Origin: the human T2T-CHM13v2.0 reference genome, Homo sapiens | Strand: one strand, 5' to 3' | Length of the DNA: 64,000 bases | Assembly (NCBI RefSeq): GCF_009914755.1 | Contig: NC_060932.1 | Shown here: piece by piece, positions 40,956 to 60,050 of the stretch | How the letters are laid out: each line of letters opens with the position of its first letter | How positions within the stretch are numbered: the first letter of the stretch is position 1 | Position numbers and translations under genes: made by a program | The notes under the pieces: model-generated | Databases searched by the model: none | The model's input: the letters and a program-made list of their open reading frames with translations, nothing else | What the model was told of the DNA's origin: nothing

Positions 40956-43900
40956 GCGCTGGTGACTTTGGAGCCCAGGCACCATGCTTAGAGGAAGCCT
41001 AAGTGTTGGACAGGGAGAGGAACCGAGCCCATCTACAAGGACTGGCTAGAGAATGCAAAGCAACCCGCTTTCTGGGGAAAAAAAAAAAAAAAAAAAAAAA
41101 ACAAGAAACAAAAAACAACTCTGATTTGCAGTGTTTTTAAATTTCTATTCTTAAAATTCTCCTAGCTATAGATCATTTAACAATTATTTCACAAAAACTC
41201 CTCTCTCATGAGCCAGCATGATCCGACCCCAGCATATCACACAGTCCCGTCCCTCAGTCTTGCCGGAGCTCCCACCTGAGCCAGCACTGCCTGCCCCTGT
41301 GCAGGAGTGTCTCAGCCCTGAGATCTTCAGATCCCAGCAGAACCTCTCCTCTGATGCCCCTGGAGGGAGCCAGGCCCCAGTTGCAAATGTGTGAGTGAAG
41401 ACCTGATGGTGCTGTTTCAATCCTCTGAATTTTGTGGTGGCTTTTTACAAAGCAGCAGGTGAACAGGGAGAGAAGTTCTCATTGTCATGGAGAGAAGTTG
41501 GACTTGTGCACTTTTTGTATGTAAACTTTTGCTTCTCTAAAATATCGATGGATCTTCTCACTTTATTTTCAAAGTGTAACACAGAGCCCATTGTGGTGGG
41601 GGAATGGGATTGTGGACTTTTTCCAGTGACTGACTAATCCCCTGTCAACTGTTCTTAGTTTCAATTCTTCCTTGGGGAGTGGGGCGATATGGGACCCAGG
41701 TGTGGTGCCAACCTCCGCCCTCAGTGACAGATTCAGAGGTGGCCATGGGACTTGGGTGTAGGCTGGAACAATGGGAAGGAAGTAGGGATTTTCTCCAGGA
41801 GATCAGCTATGAAGGTCACAGAGAGACGACCATGATTCACATGGCTGTCACCTGGGGAGAGAGCCCAAAGTAAGATCAAGAGAAATAAATGGGAAAAAGG
41901 TGAAGACAACAATGTAACTTATGCTTTGAGTCCTTAAATCAAGTATTTCCTGAAGCCAGAATTTCCCCTCAATTCCAAGATATAGGAGTCAAAATGTTAA
42001 GTCAGCTTGTCATGGTTTGACTTTTGAATTCAAGACCCTACTAAGTTGTCTGAAAAACATCAAAAATACCAAACTCAGAGAACCTGAGGCAAAGATGGTG
42101 CAGTGCACAAGGACAGGAGATGAGAGCAGATGACAGGTGTACTGGGGGCAGTCTGGGCATCAGGCTCCCTGGTGATTCCCATGCACAGCCCGGGGGAGAA
42201 CAGCCTTGTTGATGCTGATCAGCAGGGAAGGAGGGACAGGTACATAAGAGGCTGGAAGGACAGCGGGTGAGTCAGGGATGGGGAGCTTCATAGTTGATGT
42301 TCAGAGCTGGAGGAATTCCAGGTGGTGGCAGGAGTTACTGGGTGGCCATGTGGTGGAGAGCTGGGACAAAGAGGACGGGGAGTCACTGTCATCCAGGAGG
42401 ACAGAGCACTGAAAGGTTGGGAGGGTGATCTGCCAGGAAATATTAGTGTGAACTCTTTCCCTTAGTTTTTTTTTTAATGAGTTATTTAGCTTTTAGTGGC
42501 AAAGGAAGAAATACAGAACTTCAAAAAAGGAAACGAGCACTTTTCTCATCTCTTACATTCTGGTTTTGTTTGTAAGCAGAGCTCAGAACAAACAGTGATA
42601 CAGAACAAAACAACTCTGTACTTTTCTTGTAAAAGAAAAATTTCACCAAGACTTTCAAGAAATGTCAAGGAAACGTTTATTGAAGACTGTTGCAATAGGA
42701 GTCAAAACGTTGTAATAGGAAGAGCCGTTGGACTCAACTTACCTCAAGCCAAAGGCAGGAGAATTTAAGCCTTGAGGGGAGCTAGCAGGCTAGCTCTGGA
42801 GGTCGTTAGGAGGGAAGTTGGCTAGTGTGATTGGGCCATCTGTGTTTGCTAATTTGTGCTTGTTGGAATAAGTCTCCTATCCTCTCACAGAGACAGGGCT
42901 GCTGCCCTCTTGTGTAATTACATTTATATGGATGAGGCATCTGACTTATTCAATATTTATTGTTCCACCACACGAGTGGTTCCTGGTAGAAAATCTCTTG
43001 TATGTCATCAGTGAATGTAGAGTGTTTGTGCATCCAGTGAACAGTTCTGGGTCTTACTTGAGGCCGAGCAAGTTGTCCTGGTTGTTTGGAGACCCTCAAA
43101 CCTCTCCCTGAATTCTCTGTCTCTAGAGTTTGCAGTAGTCATAGCCCACCGTAGACTGCAGTAGCAGAAGCCACATGTGGTGCTCCCAGTGTGTCTTTAT
43201 CCACACAGAGGAGCAGGGAGGCTCCGTCCTCATCTGCCCCTTTCCCTTGAGTTGATGGATGCTTCTCAGCACATCAGCCTGAATTCTACTGCATCCTTCT
43301 ATCTGGCAACATCCATTCCTCAATTCAGTGGAGGTCGACCTGACCCTGCATATTTCTTGCCCTGATATTTTTCTCTCCACCGAACATTCTACTGTACCCC
43401 TTCTTTTAATCTACCCATGTTTTAAACACCTCTGTGTTTCACCATGAAATCTTTTCTTGCACTCAAAACCAAAATAGTCTGCTTCTTTCTTCTAAACTCC
43501 TATTGCTTCATGAAGCCACATTTTCCCAAGGATATTTTTCTATATATCAGCCTTCAATGTTTTTAATTGGCTTTTTTTTCCATGCTGCCACAGAAACTTG
43601 ATATATGGACTGCTTTGTGGCTGTAGTTTTCATTTTTTCCTATGCAGTTTAGTAATAATAATAATCTAATTTTATATCACTATGTGATATTAGATATGAT
43701 TAATTAATTTTATCACAATTAATTTGATGATCTCTTACTATGTACTAGGCAGTCATCTGGACCCTGTGGTACAATAATGAGCAAAACATGCAACTTCCCT
43801 TCTAGAGTACGGAGGGAAATGTTACAGAGAGTGAGTGAAGTGTACAGAATGTGAGACCGCTACAATTCTACAGTTAGAAATAAAGAGAACAGGTGGGATG

Positions 43901-44589
43901 GAGATTGCCCAGGAAAGTTGCTGCAGTTTAAAATTGAGAAATCAGGAAAGACCTCAGTGACAAAGTGAAATTTTTTAGCGGAGACCCCAGGTCTGGGAAA
44001 TGAGCCAGGTGTACTTCTGGGTGAAATGCAGATGCCCCTGGGTGGAGTCAGCCTGGCCCAGCCGACAGTTTGGAAAAATACGGAATGTTAGTTCAGGGAC
44101 CTCAGGACTTTGAAGCAGTGGCAGTTACTAGAAGCCAAGGAAGCCTCCTGGCCTTCACAATCCAAAGTTCTGTGTGTGTCCTTCACCGTCTAAACAAGGG
44201 GAAGGTTGGGATCATTTGTCTGTCAGAATGCCTTTGTCCTCCCTGGGATCTGTGTTGGGTTTCCTGGCCGTGCAGTGTTTCAGTGTGGTGCCCGGACTCC
44301 TGAACTGCCTCTTCAGACAGGCAGAGCCTCAGTCTGGGGCTGAGACCTCCTCAGAATCTCATGGGGTGGACATGGGAAACACCAGCTCCCTTCTCCTGGG
44401 CTCTGGGTGTTTGTGATTGGTGTTGGTGGTCACAGCAGTGTCTGGCCCTTGAGATGTTTTGGTCAAGAATGGGGAAAACCCACTTGAAATGCTGTATCTT
44501 TCTTTGAAGTCTGTAATCTCTCTGTCCCACTCAAACTCCTTGTGTCATTTTATCAGTGACCACCTAAGAGTAACTGTGGCTTCAATATA

Positions 44590-47095
<2,506 letters not shown>

Positions 47096-47284
47096 AGGTA
47101 TACCGAAGACTAAAGGATGGGCTGCCATGTACCAGGCCTCCATTTCTTAATCTCTCAAATCTAGATAATTGTCTCCTACCTCATGTGTGGTAGGGAAAGC
47201 AATTGGTGTGATGCCTAACACAATGGGGACAATGAATGGATATTAACCAATATTGCCATATTTCCTTGATCCTAAGATGGTAGC

Positions 47285-47692
47285 TGTCTTATATTATTTT
47301 TTTCTTTCCATAACTGAATACCTAAGACTGGGTAACTTACAAAGAAAATACATTTTTTTCTTACAACTCTGAAGGCTGGGAAATCTGAGATTTAGAGGCT
47401 GCATCTGGTGAGGGCCTTCTTGCTGATAAGGAATCTCTGCAGTCCTCAGTTGTGCAGGGTATCACATGGTGAGGCGGGACACACTGAGAGGAACTGGCTT
47501 TTACAACAGACTCACAGCAGACTCACTCTTGTGACAATCTACTAACACGTTAATTCATGAATGGGTTAATCCATTCGGGGGCATAGAGCCCTCAGAACCC
47601 CATCATCTCTTAAAGACCCCACCTTTTAATAGTGTTATATTGAGGAGTAAGTCTCAACATGAACTTTTGGAGGACATACTCAAATTATAGTA
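47285..47692 (-). mobile_element. MaLR LTR (MST-like)
   Basis: aatacctaagactgggtaact..gcatctggtgagggccttcttgctg..tcaacatgaacttttggagg. Confidence 0.75.
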
Positions 47693-47792
47693 ATACCAAT
47701 TACATAATTATAGAAGTTTATCAAAGTAAATCAAAGCAAAACCACTATCAGATTACATTTACACATAGGTGTAAGATGCATCAAAAGTTTCA

Positions 47793-48121
<329 letters not shown>

Positions 48122-48271
48122 CCCAACAACAGTTTCAAGAATTTAATCTGTGAAAAACGTGATATAGAATATGATAGAACTAGGATATTATTAAAGTCCT
48201 TCTAAAGAACTGGAACAAGATTGAAATACAGAGAAGACTTAGAAGATTGCTCAGTAAAACTGAAGGTCTAA

Positions 48272-48689
48272 TGTGATGGTTAATTTTATGTGTCAACTTG
48301 GCTGTTTTGCAGTGGACCAGATATTTGGTCAAACATTATTCTGGGTATTTATGTAAGGGTGTCTTATTGGATGTGATTAACATTTAAGTTGGTGGACTTT
48401 CAGTGAATTAAATTGTCTTGCATAATGTAGGTGGTCCTCATCCAACCAGCTGAAGGCTTGAATAGGGAAAAGGTTGACCTTCCCTGGGCAAGAAAGAATT
48501 CTGCCAGCAGACAGGCTCCAGAGTTGAACTGCAACTTTGACTCTTCCCTGGGTCTCCAGGTTGATGGCCCATCCTGAAGATTGTTGACTTGCTAGCTCCT
48601 TAGTCACATGAGGCATTTACTTAAAACAAATCTCTCTATACATACACATTCTTTTGGTTCTGTTTCTCTGGAGATCCTTGATCAAGACA
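48272..48689 (+). mobile_element. MLT2 (ERVL) LTR
   Basis: Starts tgtgatggttaattttatgtgtcaacttggc; ends ttggttctgtttctctggaga..aca. Confidence 0.9.
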
Positions 48690-49300
48690 TACAGTTTATG
48701 TAGACACTTCATTTGTGTGGTCACCTGAATTTTGTGCAGCAGAGAACAGGAAGCTCTGCAGTTAGACTGATTGGGGTTGGGACATGAGAATGAGGATGTG
48801 TGGGATGGAAAGATGAGGAGATATATGAAGGACATGGTTAAAATGAGAGTGAAGTGCCTTTTATCACACCTTTTTGTTTAGGTCCATGCTGAGCCAAGAA
48901 TTTCCATGAACAGAAAAAGCTTCCCGTTGCCTGAAGGAAGGGTGAAGAACATCTTCTGTCTATCTTGGTTTTTGCATAACTTGCTGTCCTCCTGACCAGA
49001 GACTTGATGCTCACTTTAATAGCTTTGGGCCCGAGGAAACATTTATTTTGTTTCTTACTGTAAGTTTTACTCAGGATAGTAGAGAGTAGGGTATTCTCCC
49101 CCATGACCTTGGAGTCCTACTCCATGGAAGTTATTCATATTGCTTGATCACTGTGCTAATATAAGACAAGAGTCTTAGCTTCAAGGGAAAACTGGACATT
49201 GAAGAGATCTGCCTGGAAAACCTAGGGTTGTTTATACTGTAGCTTCTCAGAATGGAGCAGCAGAGCCTCTAACAAACTCCCACGCTGTAACTGATGTTTA

Positions 49301-49660
<360 letters not shown>

Positions 49661-51429
49661 ACACCCAAAAAACAAAAAGCAGAACACATCAAAAAGAAAG
49701 GCCAGAGACCAACCGACTAATCAATTTTGGCTGTGAGTAAAGCAGTTAAATAGAGGAGCATCACAATGACTTTTAGGCAACCAGGTGGGACCTGGAAAAT
49801 CCTTCCCTTTCACCCTACACACCAACCTGACCTAAGTTCACAGACTTTGTAGAGTGACCTTAACTTCCCAAAAGATGTACTTGTATAGAGCATCTGAGGT
49901 CTCCCCACTCCCCATTCTGGTTCCTGCTGTCGGAGACCCTCACCTCTTGGGTGGTGCATGAGAATGCTCGCCTTCCTCTATCATGCTCTCTTGCTGGCCC
50001 TCCACTTCCAGGACCAGGTGTGACAGCAAAAGTGGAAGAGAGTCCTGCTAAGAAAGGTTGCTGAGGCAGAGAACCAGCCCCTACCACCTATCTCCCAGTA
50101 AAGTGGAGAGCTCTCACCAAGGACCATCAGATGAGGAAAGGCAGCACCAGTCTGCACTAGCCTGGTAGGTTCTTTAATATTGGAAGGACTTTGGGGCACA
50201 GAGAAAAATCTCACCACTATTTACACTAAGTTTAAACCAGTTCTTGAGTATTAAATATTGATACAAAGGTGATTATTTAAATTCCCTTCATCTATATTGA
50301 TGGAATACATTTAGTATGCCTAATTGTTTTTAAACACATCTAATACCTTAAAGAATAGATAAACATATTCCTGAAAGACAATCACAAACTTATTCATTCA
50401 TTATACCAAAAATGATACAGAAGGGCCCATATCATGGATTTGACATCTTTTCTCATTTGTTTTGAGTTTACTCCTTCCTATGATTTTTGTGATCTTCCGA
50501 GACCCCAAATGACTAAACGAGGTTGCAAGTCTAGGGCCAAATAGCTGACCCTTGATCAGGAAACAGTGCTTTGCATGTGTCTAAGATGAATCAAACCCAG
50601 ACTACTTGTTATTTATTATCAGGCTGAGACTTTTTGTTGTTGTTGTAATAAAAATGTTTGGTTTTTTTTGTCATGTCATGACACTGTTCAATCCCTGTCT
50701 TTTATATAAATTTTAATTCTAGAAACTTGTTTTTCTCACAAATACGTCGTTCTTAAGTTTTTGCATAGCCCTAAGTGTATGGCCAATTTTCTTATCATTA
50801 TGATGTATTGACTTGGTTCATTGGCATAATTAAAAACATATTAACATATATTTTCTCACTAGCATTTTATTAAAATGAGTATAGCTTTATTATAATAAAT
50901 AGAGTTCATATGCTTGAAGGGATGGAGAGTTGAGACCAACTCCTTCATTAAACATTGGTCTAATTAACCTTTTGGGGACCAGTGAGGGACCATTTGTCTC
51001 ATTGGTTATTGGGCCTCGTCCTCTATGGTCACCAGCTTCTGAGCTCCTCTTCTATCTGGTTATTAATTGAGATCACTGATGCTTGTCAGTCTTTCTTGTT
51101 TTGGGCACAGTTTTAACTTTTTCCTTGTTAAACTTTATTTTATTCTATCTTGTTGATACAGTTATATATCACCAAAACAGAGTGAAATAAAGCTTAATGT
51201 AAAGTGTATATATTTAACACATCTGCTTAAAATTTCAAAAATTATGTATAGCAATGCTTTCCCACTTTTTAAAATTAAAGGACAAGTAAACATAGCCCAT
51301 TAGATCTATCTTTCCTTTGAGCCAACAACCACTTTTTGCCTCTCATTGTAAACTTCTACTTTTTGAGTATCATTAGGAATGCATTGAATTTTTAAGTTTC
51401 AAACTATTCCAATTAACACTTATATCCTG

Positions 51430-51730
51430 TCAGGAATGGTGGCTCAAGCATGTAATCCTAGCACTTTGGGGGGCTGAGGAGAGCAGATCACTTAAGCTCA
51501 GGGGTTCGAGACCAACCTGGGCAATATGGTGAAACCCTGTCTCTACAAAAAAATACAAACCATTAGTAGGGTGTGGTGGCACATGCCTGTAGTCCCAGCT
51601 ACTCAAGAGGCTGAGGTGGGAGGATCATTTGAGCACAGGAGGTCAAGGCTGCAGTGAGCCGAGATTGCACCACTGTACTCCAGCTTGGGTGGCTAAGTTA
51701 GACACTGTCTCAAACAACAACAATAAAAAA
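51430..51730 (+). mobile_element. Alu (AluJ-like)
   Basis: gaggatcatttgagcacaggaggtcaaggctgcagtgagc. Confidence 0.92.
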
Positions 51731-52052
51731 CCCAATTATATTCATTTTTGTTATTTTGTTATTGCTCTATGATGCTCAAATTGTGCATCATTGGAATGCA
51801 AAGACCAGTTAACTTAATGTAGATCAGAATTCTCAATACAAAGGAACCATACAAACCACCATATAACAAAGCAAAAGAAAAAAAAGGAAAAAGAAAAGAA
51901 AATTAAAAAGGTCAAACACACTAAGTTTAATGCTTGAACTTTATTTTGGAGAGAGAAATTTAGAAAGACACAAGGTACACAGAGTAAAATGTTTTTCTTT
52001 TTTCAGGACCTTGAACTGAATCTTGCACTGCTTTGGTTTCTATCTAGGAAGC

Positions 52053-53316
52053 TCAGCGACAGCAGAGTCTGTAGAGGCGGCCACTGATTTCACACACCCC
52101 GGAGAGGGACTCACGGGTAGCACAACGGCCGGTTCGGCAATAGCAGGTGGCTCTTGCCTGAGAACCTGTGGAAAGAAGAGAGGGTCAGGCACAGCGAGGG
52201 AGGTGGGAAAAAGGACAAGCACAGCCAGACTAACTGAGATAGTCTAAATAAGAGACACTGTATCAGTCATGTTAGGATGGAGAAAATTCATGTCTTTGTC
52301 GTAAGTGACAAGAAATCTTACTAGCTATGTGTTAGTCATGCAAGATCATAGTTTTTTTCCCCATGTGAGTCTATCCAGGATGTATTTATTACCTGCTCCC
52401 TGGTCCAACAATATACCTCTCAACCTCAGGGTTACCTACTCTTCATTCTGCTTCATCCACACGCCTAATCTTGACCTCCATGTGTGATTTCCAGGTCCTA
52501 ACAAGGCTCCCTAAAGCACCTGAATCAGTTTCTGAAATGCCGCATTGTGCATGCTAATGTCATGGACCAAATACTTTGGTGCTCAAGGAGTCTTTGAAGA
52601 CTTTCCAAATTCAAATTCTTCATTCTCTGTCTCTCCTTTTTTTTTTTTTTTTTTTTTTAACATTTTACATATTTACTTGTTTTAATTGACAAACAATAAT
52701 TGTGTATATGTATGAGACACAATATGATGTTTTGATCTAAGGATGTATTGTAGAAAGATTTAATCAAGCCTATTAGCCTACATCAAAACACACCTATAGG
52801 TTCCTCTCTAGGTTCTAAAAGCTTTTCCAATGGACAAAGTAAAACACTCTCTATATAACTAAGTCTGCCCATTTAGATCTACAAAGAACTAGTCAGTGTA
52901 GCTCTTTCTATCTTAAAAGTAGCAAATTTCACAGAAATATCTTGGAGCTGAAAGTCTTAGAAAAAAGAAAATCTTTTAGATTTATTTGGTTCTCACTGAT
53001 TAATTTATAGATGAGAAAATCAAGGTCCAGGAAGATTAAGTAAAGTCACTCAAGTGAGGTAGACCTTTCCACACTTGACTCCAGATCCTTTCTCCAATCC
53101 TTTTTTTCTAGATTTTGCAGATGTGCAAGATTGATGTCTCCTACCTGAGGTTCTAAGAGCAGAGAGTCCATTTCCTGCAAAGGAGATAGCAAGGTCCTGG
53201 TTGTCTTCCCCAGACTGCTTCTGGGTTGTAGCCTCATCAGCTCTTTCCTGGAGTGACTCAGCCTGGGCCTGCAGGGCCACCAGGAGAATGGCAGCAAGGA
53301 TGGCGATGGTCCTCAT
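52053..53316 (-). CDS. DEFA5: Paneth-cell alpha-defensin 5 preproprotein (HD5), 94 aa; join(53316-53145,52165-52053)
   Basis: [57 protein letters not shown]|[37 protein letters not shown]. Two exons; AATAAA 51945-51940. Confidence 0.99.
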
Positions 53317-53381
53317 GGCTGGGGTCACCTGCAGGAGGGAGAGCAGGAGTGGATATGTGGGGAGTGAGGAGTCAGCCTGGA

Positions 53382-53570
53382 TTTATAGCTCTGCTGGGAG
53401 AAGACCTGAGACAGAAGCTGCAGTGAGAGGAGGTGGGCATGTGATTGGGAGGGGAAGGACTGCCTTTGTTCTCAAGATCCCTTTGATGCTCCTCTTTCTC
53501 CCAGCTTTCATCAAAGCGTGAGTCTGTATGCTTAATGCCTCTTCTTGATCCAAGGTGTTAATGATGATAA
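53382..53570 (-). promoter_or_regulatory. DEFA5 promoter with TATA box and three TCF/LEF (Wnt) motifs
   Basis: TATAAA 53387-53382; CTTTGTT 53464-53470, CTTTGAT 53481-53487, ATCAAAG 53510-53516; GATA-type TGATAAG ~53564-53570. DEFA5 is an established beta-catenin/TCF target. Confidence 0.85.
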
Positions 53571-54471
53571 GGGTATTACTATCCTGTTCTGTTTCCCATC
53601 TGCTTGAGTATTTACTTTTATATATTCAAAAAAGAAAAACAACAGCGCTTTCATTCAAGAAGTTTGGGGATCAAATGCCTCTTGTTTTCTGAAGATGGTC
53701 CCTGGTACTCTCTGGATGACTCTCTGGGGGCAGACCTGGGACCCAGTGGAGTAGAGAGTTAATTCATTGCAGGATTCAGGGATATTACTAACCTCATGTA
53801 GGAGGCTTTTGAGATCTCGAGGTGAGTAGTCTCCCGCTGGTGCCAGTATGGAGAGGTCAATGACCTTATCAGGCTATAGGGGAAATGAGTTCAGTAAAAT
53901 AGTAGGCCAAGTTTATCAGATTAAAATAAAAATTCGGATTTAGTTCAAGGAGTTGGTGTGATCTGAATGCATCACATAAAATGTGTAGCGGGTACTTCTC
54001 TCCACTTTGGGGAATATCAAAGTAATTTAGGTGCGTACAGCCCCTTTCTGAGATTTTTTTTTTAGTTTTAGAAAATTGTAAATCATGCACAAGGAACAAC
54101 ATTCAAAAGGTAGAAGTCATGAGCTCTCATTTCTACCCCCAGGCCTTCAGTTCTGACCCAGCAAACCATCACTATTAACAGTTACACATAGTATTCTGCA
54201 CTTCGCTTTTTTCACCTGTAACATTGGCACTTTGTATATCAAAATACATGGAATGCTATTATAATTTTAATAGCCTTATACTATCCCAGGGTTTGTATAT
54301 GCCATCACTTATTTTTTGTACTGATAAAATATTATAAAATTATTACAATTTGGTTATTTTTAAACTTTTGCAGTAATAAGTAAAGTTACAGTGATTATCT
54401 TGTATATATGTTCTCTTACCTATATGGATAAACTTATAGAAATAGAATTGCTGTGTCAAAGAATGCATCTT

Positions 54472-54602
54472 AAGCCAGCATGGTGGTACATGCCTATATT
54501 TCTAGCTATTTGAGAGGCTGAGGTGGGAGGATCACTGGAGACCAGGAGTTCGATACCAGCCTAAAAACATAGTGAGACCCCTTTCTCTTAAAAAAAAAAA
54601 AA
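54472..54602 (+). mobile_element. FLAM/Alu monomer
   Basis: gccagcatggtggtacatgcc..ggaggatcactggagaccaggagttcga..A tail. Confidence 0.85.
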
Positions 54603-54729
54603 GAGACTATATCTTACACATTTTTAAGATATTACTACATATTTCCATAATATCACCATATTTGATCCAAATCCTTTGGGGCTCAGTGGGCCCTTGGAGA
54701 GTCTCTATATTTGAATTCCTCATTTAATT

Positions 54730-56885
<2,156 letters not shown>

Positions 56886-57752
56886 GTGGGCTTCTAAACC
56901 TTTGTGCCAGTCCAAACTCCTGTCTTTATTCTTAGTGACTCCTACAAAATTAGAAAGTGTCAAGTCATGCTATTGCCTTGAGAGAGTGGGAGAGAAGCCA
57001 GACCTTTAGAATACAGTGGAGAGGTTGGGGTGTTTGATATGTGTTTCAGTTTTTTCTTTCTTTGCAGAGAAACTGATAGAGTTTATCTCCCACTTATTCT
57101 GCCTTATGAAAATGAGAGGATCTGAATTAAATCTGTAATATCTATAATATTTATTTGAATTCGTGAATTAACAGGGAGCCTGGGAGGGACTAATTTCCTG
57201 CATCAGTGATTCCAGGTTTCATGGCCCTTGTTTTGCCCTGGTGGCCATTTAGCACCAGGTTTTAAACCATCTGTATTTGTACTGCTTCTCTATTTCTCAC
57301 TGGACATTGCTAAGTTTGTAGATAGCGTTCCACAATTGTTTCCTAGCCTCCGTCTCTCTGGCATTGTCTCTCTGAATCTCTAGCAATGACTGAAGAAACA
57401 ATTTGGGACATTTTTGTTCCAGTTCTAACCTTTCTCCATGAATTCTCTCATGTGTTTGATCACCCAGAGTCCTTATTATTTGGAGAAATTGATATCTTCA
57501 GTCTCTCTTCATCCTTCTCTGACCCCAAAATTAATTGGGTGAGCAGAAAATCTGGAAAGATAAATGGGTGGTTTAAAAACCACTGTCCAGGCCCTGTGGT
57601 GTGAGAGGCAGAGCTGAGCACTGGCCAAGCCAGAAGATGCCCGGTGGCCCATCTTCCCAGGACCAGGCCCTCACCGGCAGCCCATTGCTCAGCCTTAGAC
57701 ACAACTCTGTTGCCAGTCAAGTTTCTCATTATCTCTGGCAGAAGTATTTCTA

Positions 57753-58121
<369 letters not shown>

Positions 58122-58844
58122 TTAATGCGTTTGTAAATAATCATTTAGAATAAAATGCCTTTCCTGTTCCCTTTTTTCTTTAACTGTAGCAAAGTGCCCA
58201 TTATCTATTGTCCCCTTGACTTCAAACGTGCTGTCATTTAAAATAAAGTCTGAAAAACTATTTTTCTTGTCCTTTATTCTGAGTCCAATCTTGCCTCTCC
58301 TATACTCAGCGCTGGGACAAAAACAGGATTTCCATCCATAATATGGACATTCACTCTTAATTTCCATACATAATATGGACATTCACTCTTAGAAGGCATG
58401 TACTCCCTGGGCGATGATTTAATTATTTAACATAAAAATTAATTTAACTGTGCTAAAAACTAAAGGGCAAGGGAATTGGCCTGAAAGAAAATACTTCAGA
58501 TAGCAACAGAATCTGGTTTTATAATAGAGGTTTTGTATTCCAGGATATTCCAGGGGACAAACAATGCTTAGATGTGTGTTTATTACTGGTAACAGTCAAG
58601 CAGATGGGAGACAGGGAGAGTGATAGGGGCCTTCATGAACGTGAAGAGCAGGTGTTTCAGTGCAGCTGCTGGATTGGAGAATCATCAAAGGTCTGAACCA
58701 TCAACCCAAAGGATACCTCTATCCCACAGCCACGCAGGTTTGGGGTAGCTCATTGCCCTGGGATGCTGCTTCCTCCAGATATCACAGAGCTGGGGTCTTT
58801 TTACTCCCCTTGGTCCTCAGGCTCCTTCGGTCCCTTGAGAGACA

Positions 58845-59007
58845 GTGACCTCTAGGAGGCTCACAGCCCTGAGAGCCTTTCCCCTTGTCCTTCTCTGGAG
58901 CCTCTTGGAGAAAGCTCACCAGGTCCTAGCCTTGCAGCAGCCTGGGACAGAGGACCCAGATGTAGCTGTCCCCTTTGCAGGAGTGAAAACTGCATTATGG
59001 GCTTCGG
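58845..59007 (+). pseudogene. Degenerate alpha-defensin signal/pro-segment exon on the opposite strand
   Basis: gtgacc followed by RRLTALRAFPLVLLWSLLEKAHQVLALQQPGTEDPDVAVPFAGVKTALWAS g|GTAAG. Matches the prepro exons in this window (..[21 protein letters not shown] g|GT) with the same phase-1 donor. No ATG. Confidence 0.68.
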
Positions 59008-59429
59008 GTAAGACAATGTGCTGTCTGTTGGGAGCTGCAGTCTCAGTGGTGCCATCAACTAGCTGTGGGATCATTAGTGCATGACTTCACCTATCATGGC
59101 CTCTGTCTTTCAACTCTAAATTGGGGGCAATAGAGTCTCTCCAAGGGGTCTTGGGTGCAAGACCTTGAAACCCTTGAAAGATTAATGTATGCAGTTCATC
59201 CCGCAGGCACGAGCAGACAACTAGGCAACAAATAACAGCCACTTAAAGCTTTCTTAGCCTAAGCTGCTTTCAGAAACAGCCTGTCAAAGTTTCTCCAGGC
59301 TCTACGGTGCCTTTGAATATCACATTTTTAACCCCAAAGTCCATGTAATTCATTCTGGCAATCACCCAATATTATTCAAATTTCATGTAGTTCATTCAGG
59401 CAATCACCCAATATTACTGAAATTTTAAT

Positions 59430-60050
59430 CTTCTCTTAGAATACTCATTCTCCATGAAATCTTTTCCAAATGTATAGTGCTAAATGCTGTCAATTTCAGA
59501 ATGATTCCTGCATTTATATCTTCAGCTCCAACCACCCAGCTGAATTCCAGACTCTGGAACACATTTCCTGTCATGTGCGCTAGAATCTCCAACAGATTCC
59601 TCACCCCTAATGTCCAAAACTAAACTCTTCACTGTACATCTCCCCAGCTTGCAGGCACCACACACACATACAGGTGTTGTCATTTCAGAAAATGGCACCA
59701 GTGTCTCTGCAGTTGTTCAGGGCAAAAAATAAAAATATTCTTCAGATATCCTAATATTCCATATTCTTACATCAGCAACTTCTGTTGCTTCTGTACCTTC
59801 AATATAAATTTTGAATGGGGCCATTTCTTATCCCCTGCACTGCCAGCACCCTGGTGCAATATACACTGGCTTCTCATCTGGGCTTCCTCAGCCCCCTTGT
59901 AACTGGGCTCCCGCTGATACTGGGCTCTGTGCTGCCTCTGAGCACCCGTTTTCCAGAGCTGGTCAATACCCCTGTCTAGCGAGGTTCTTTCCCAGCCATT
60001 TTCAAGATGCAACACCCAGGTACTAAGTCCTGACAGGCACTAATCTCCAC
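59430..60050 (+). mobile_element. L2 fragment
   Basis: tatatcttcagctcc..ctgaattccagact..aatgtccaaaactaaactc..aatggcacca.. L2-type motifs. Confidence 0.6.
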
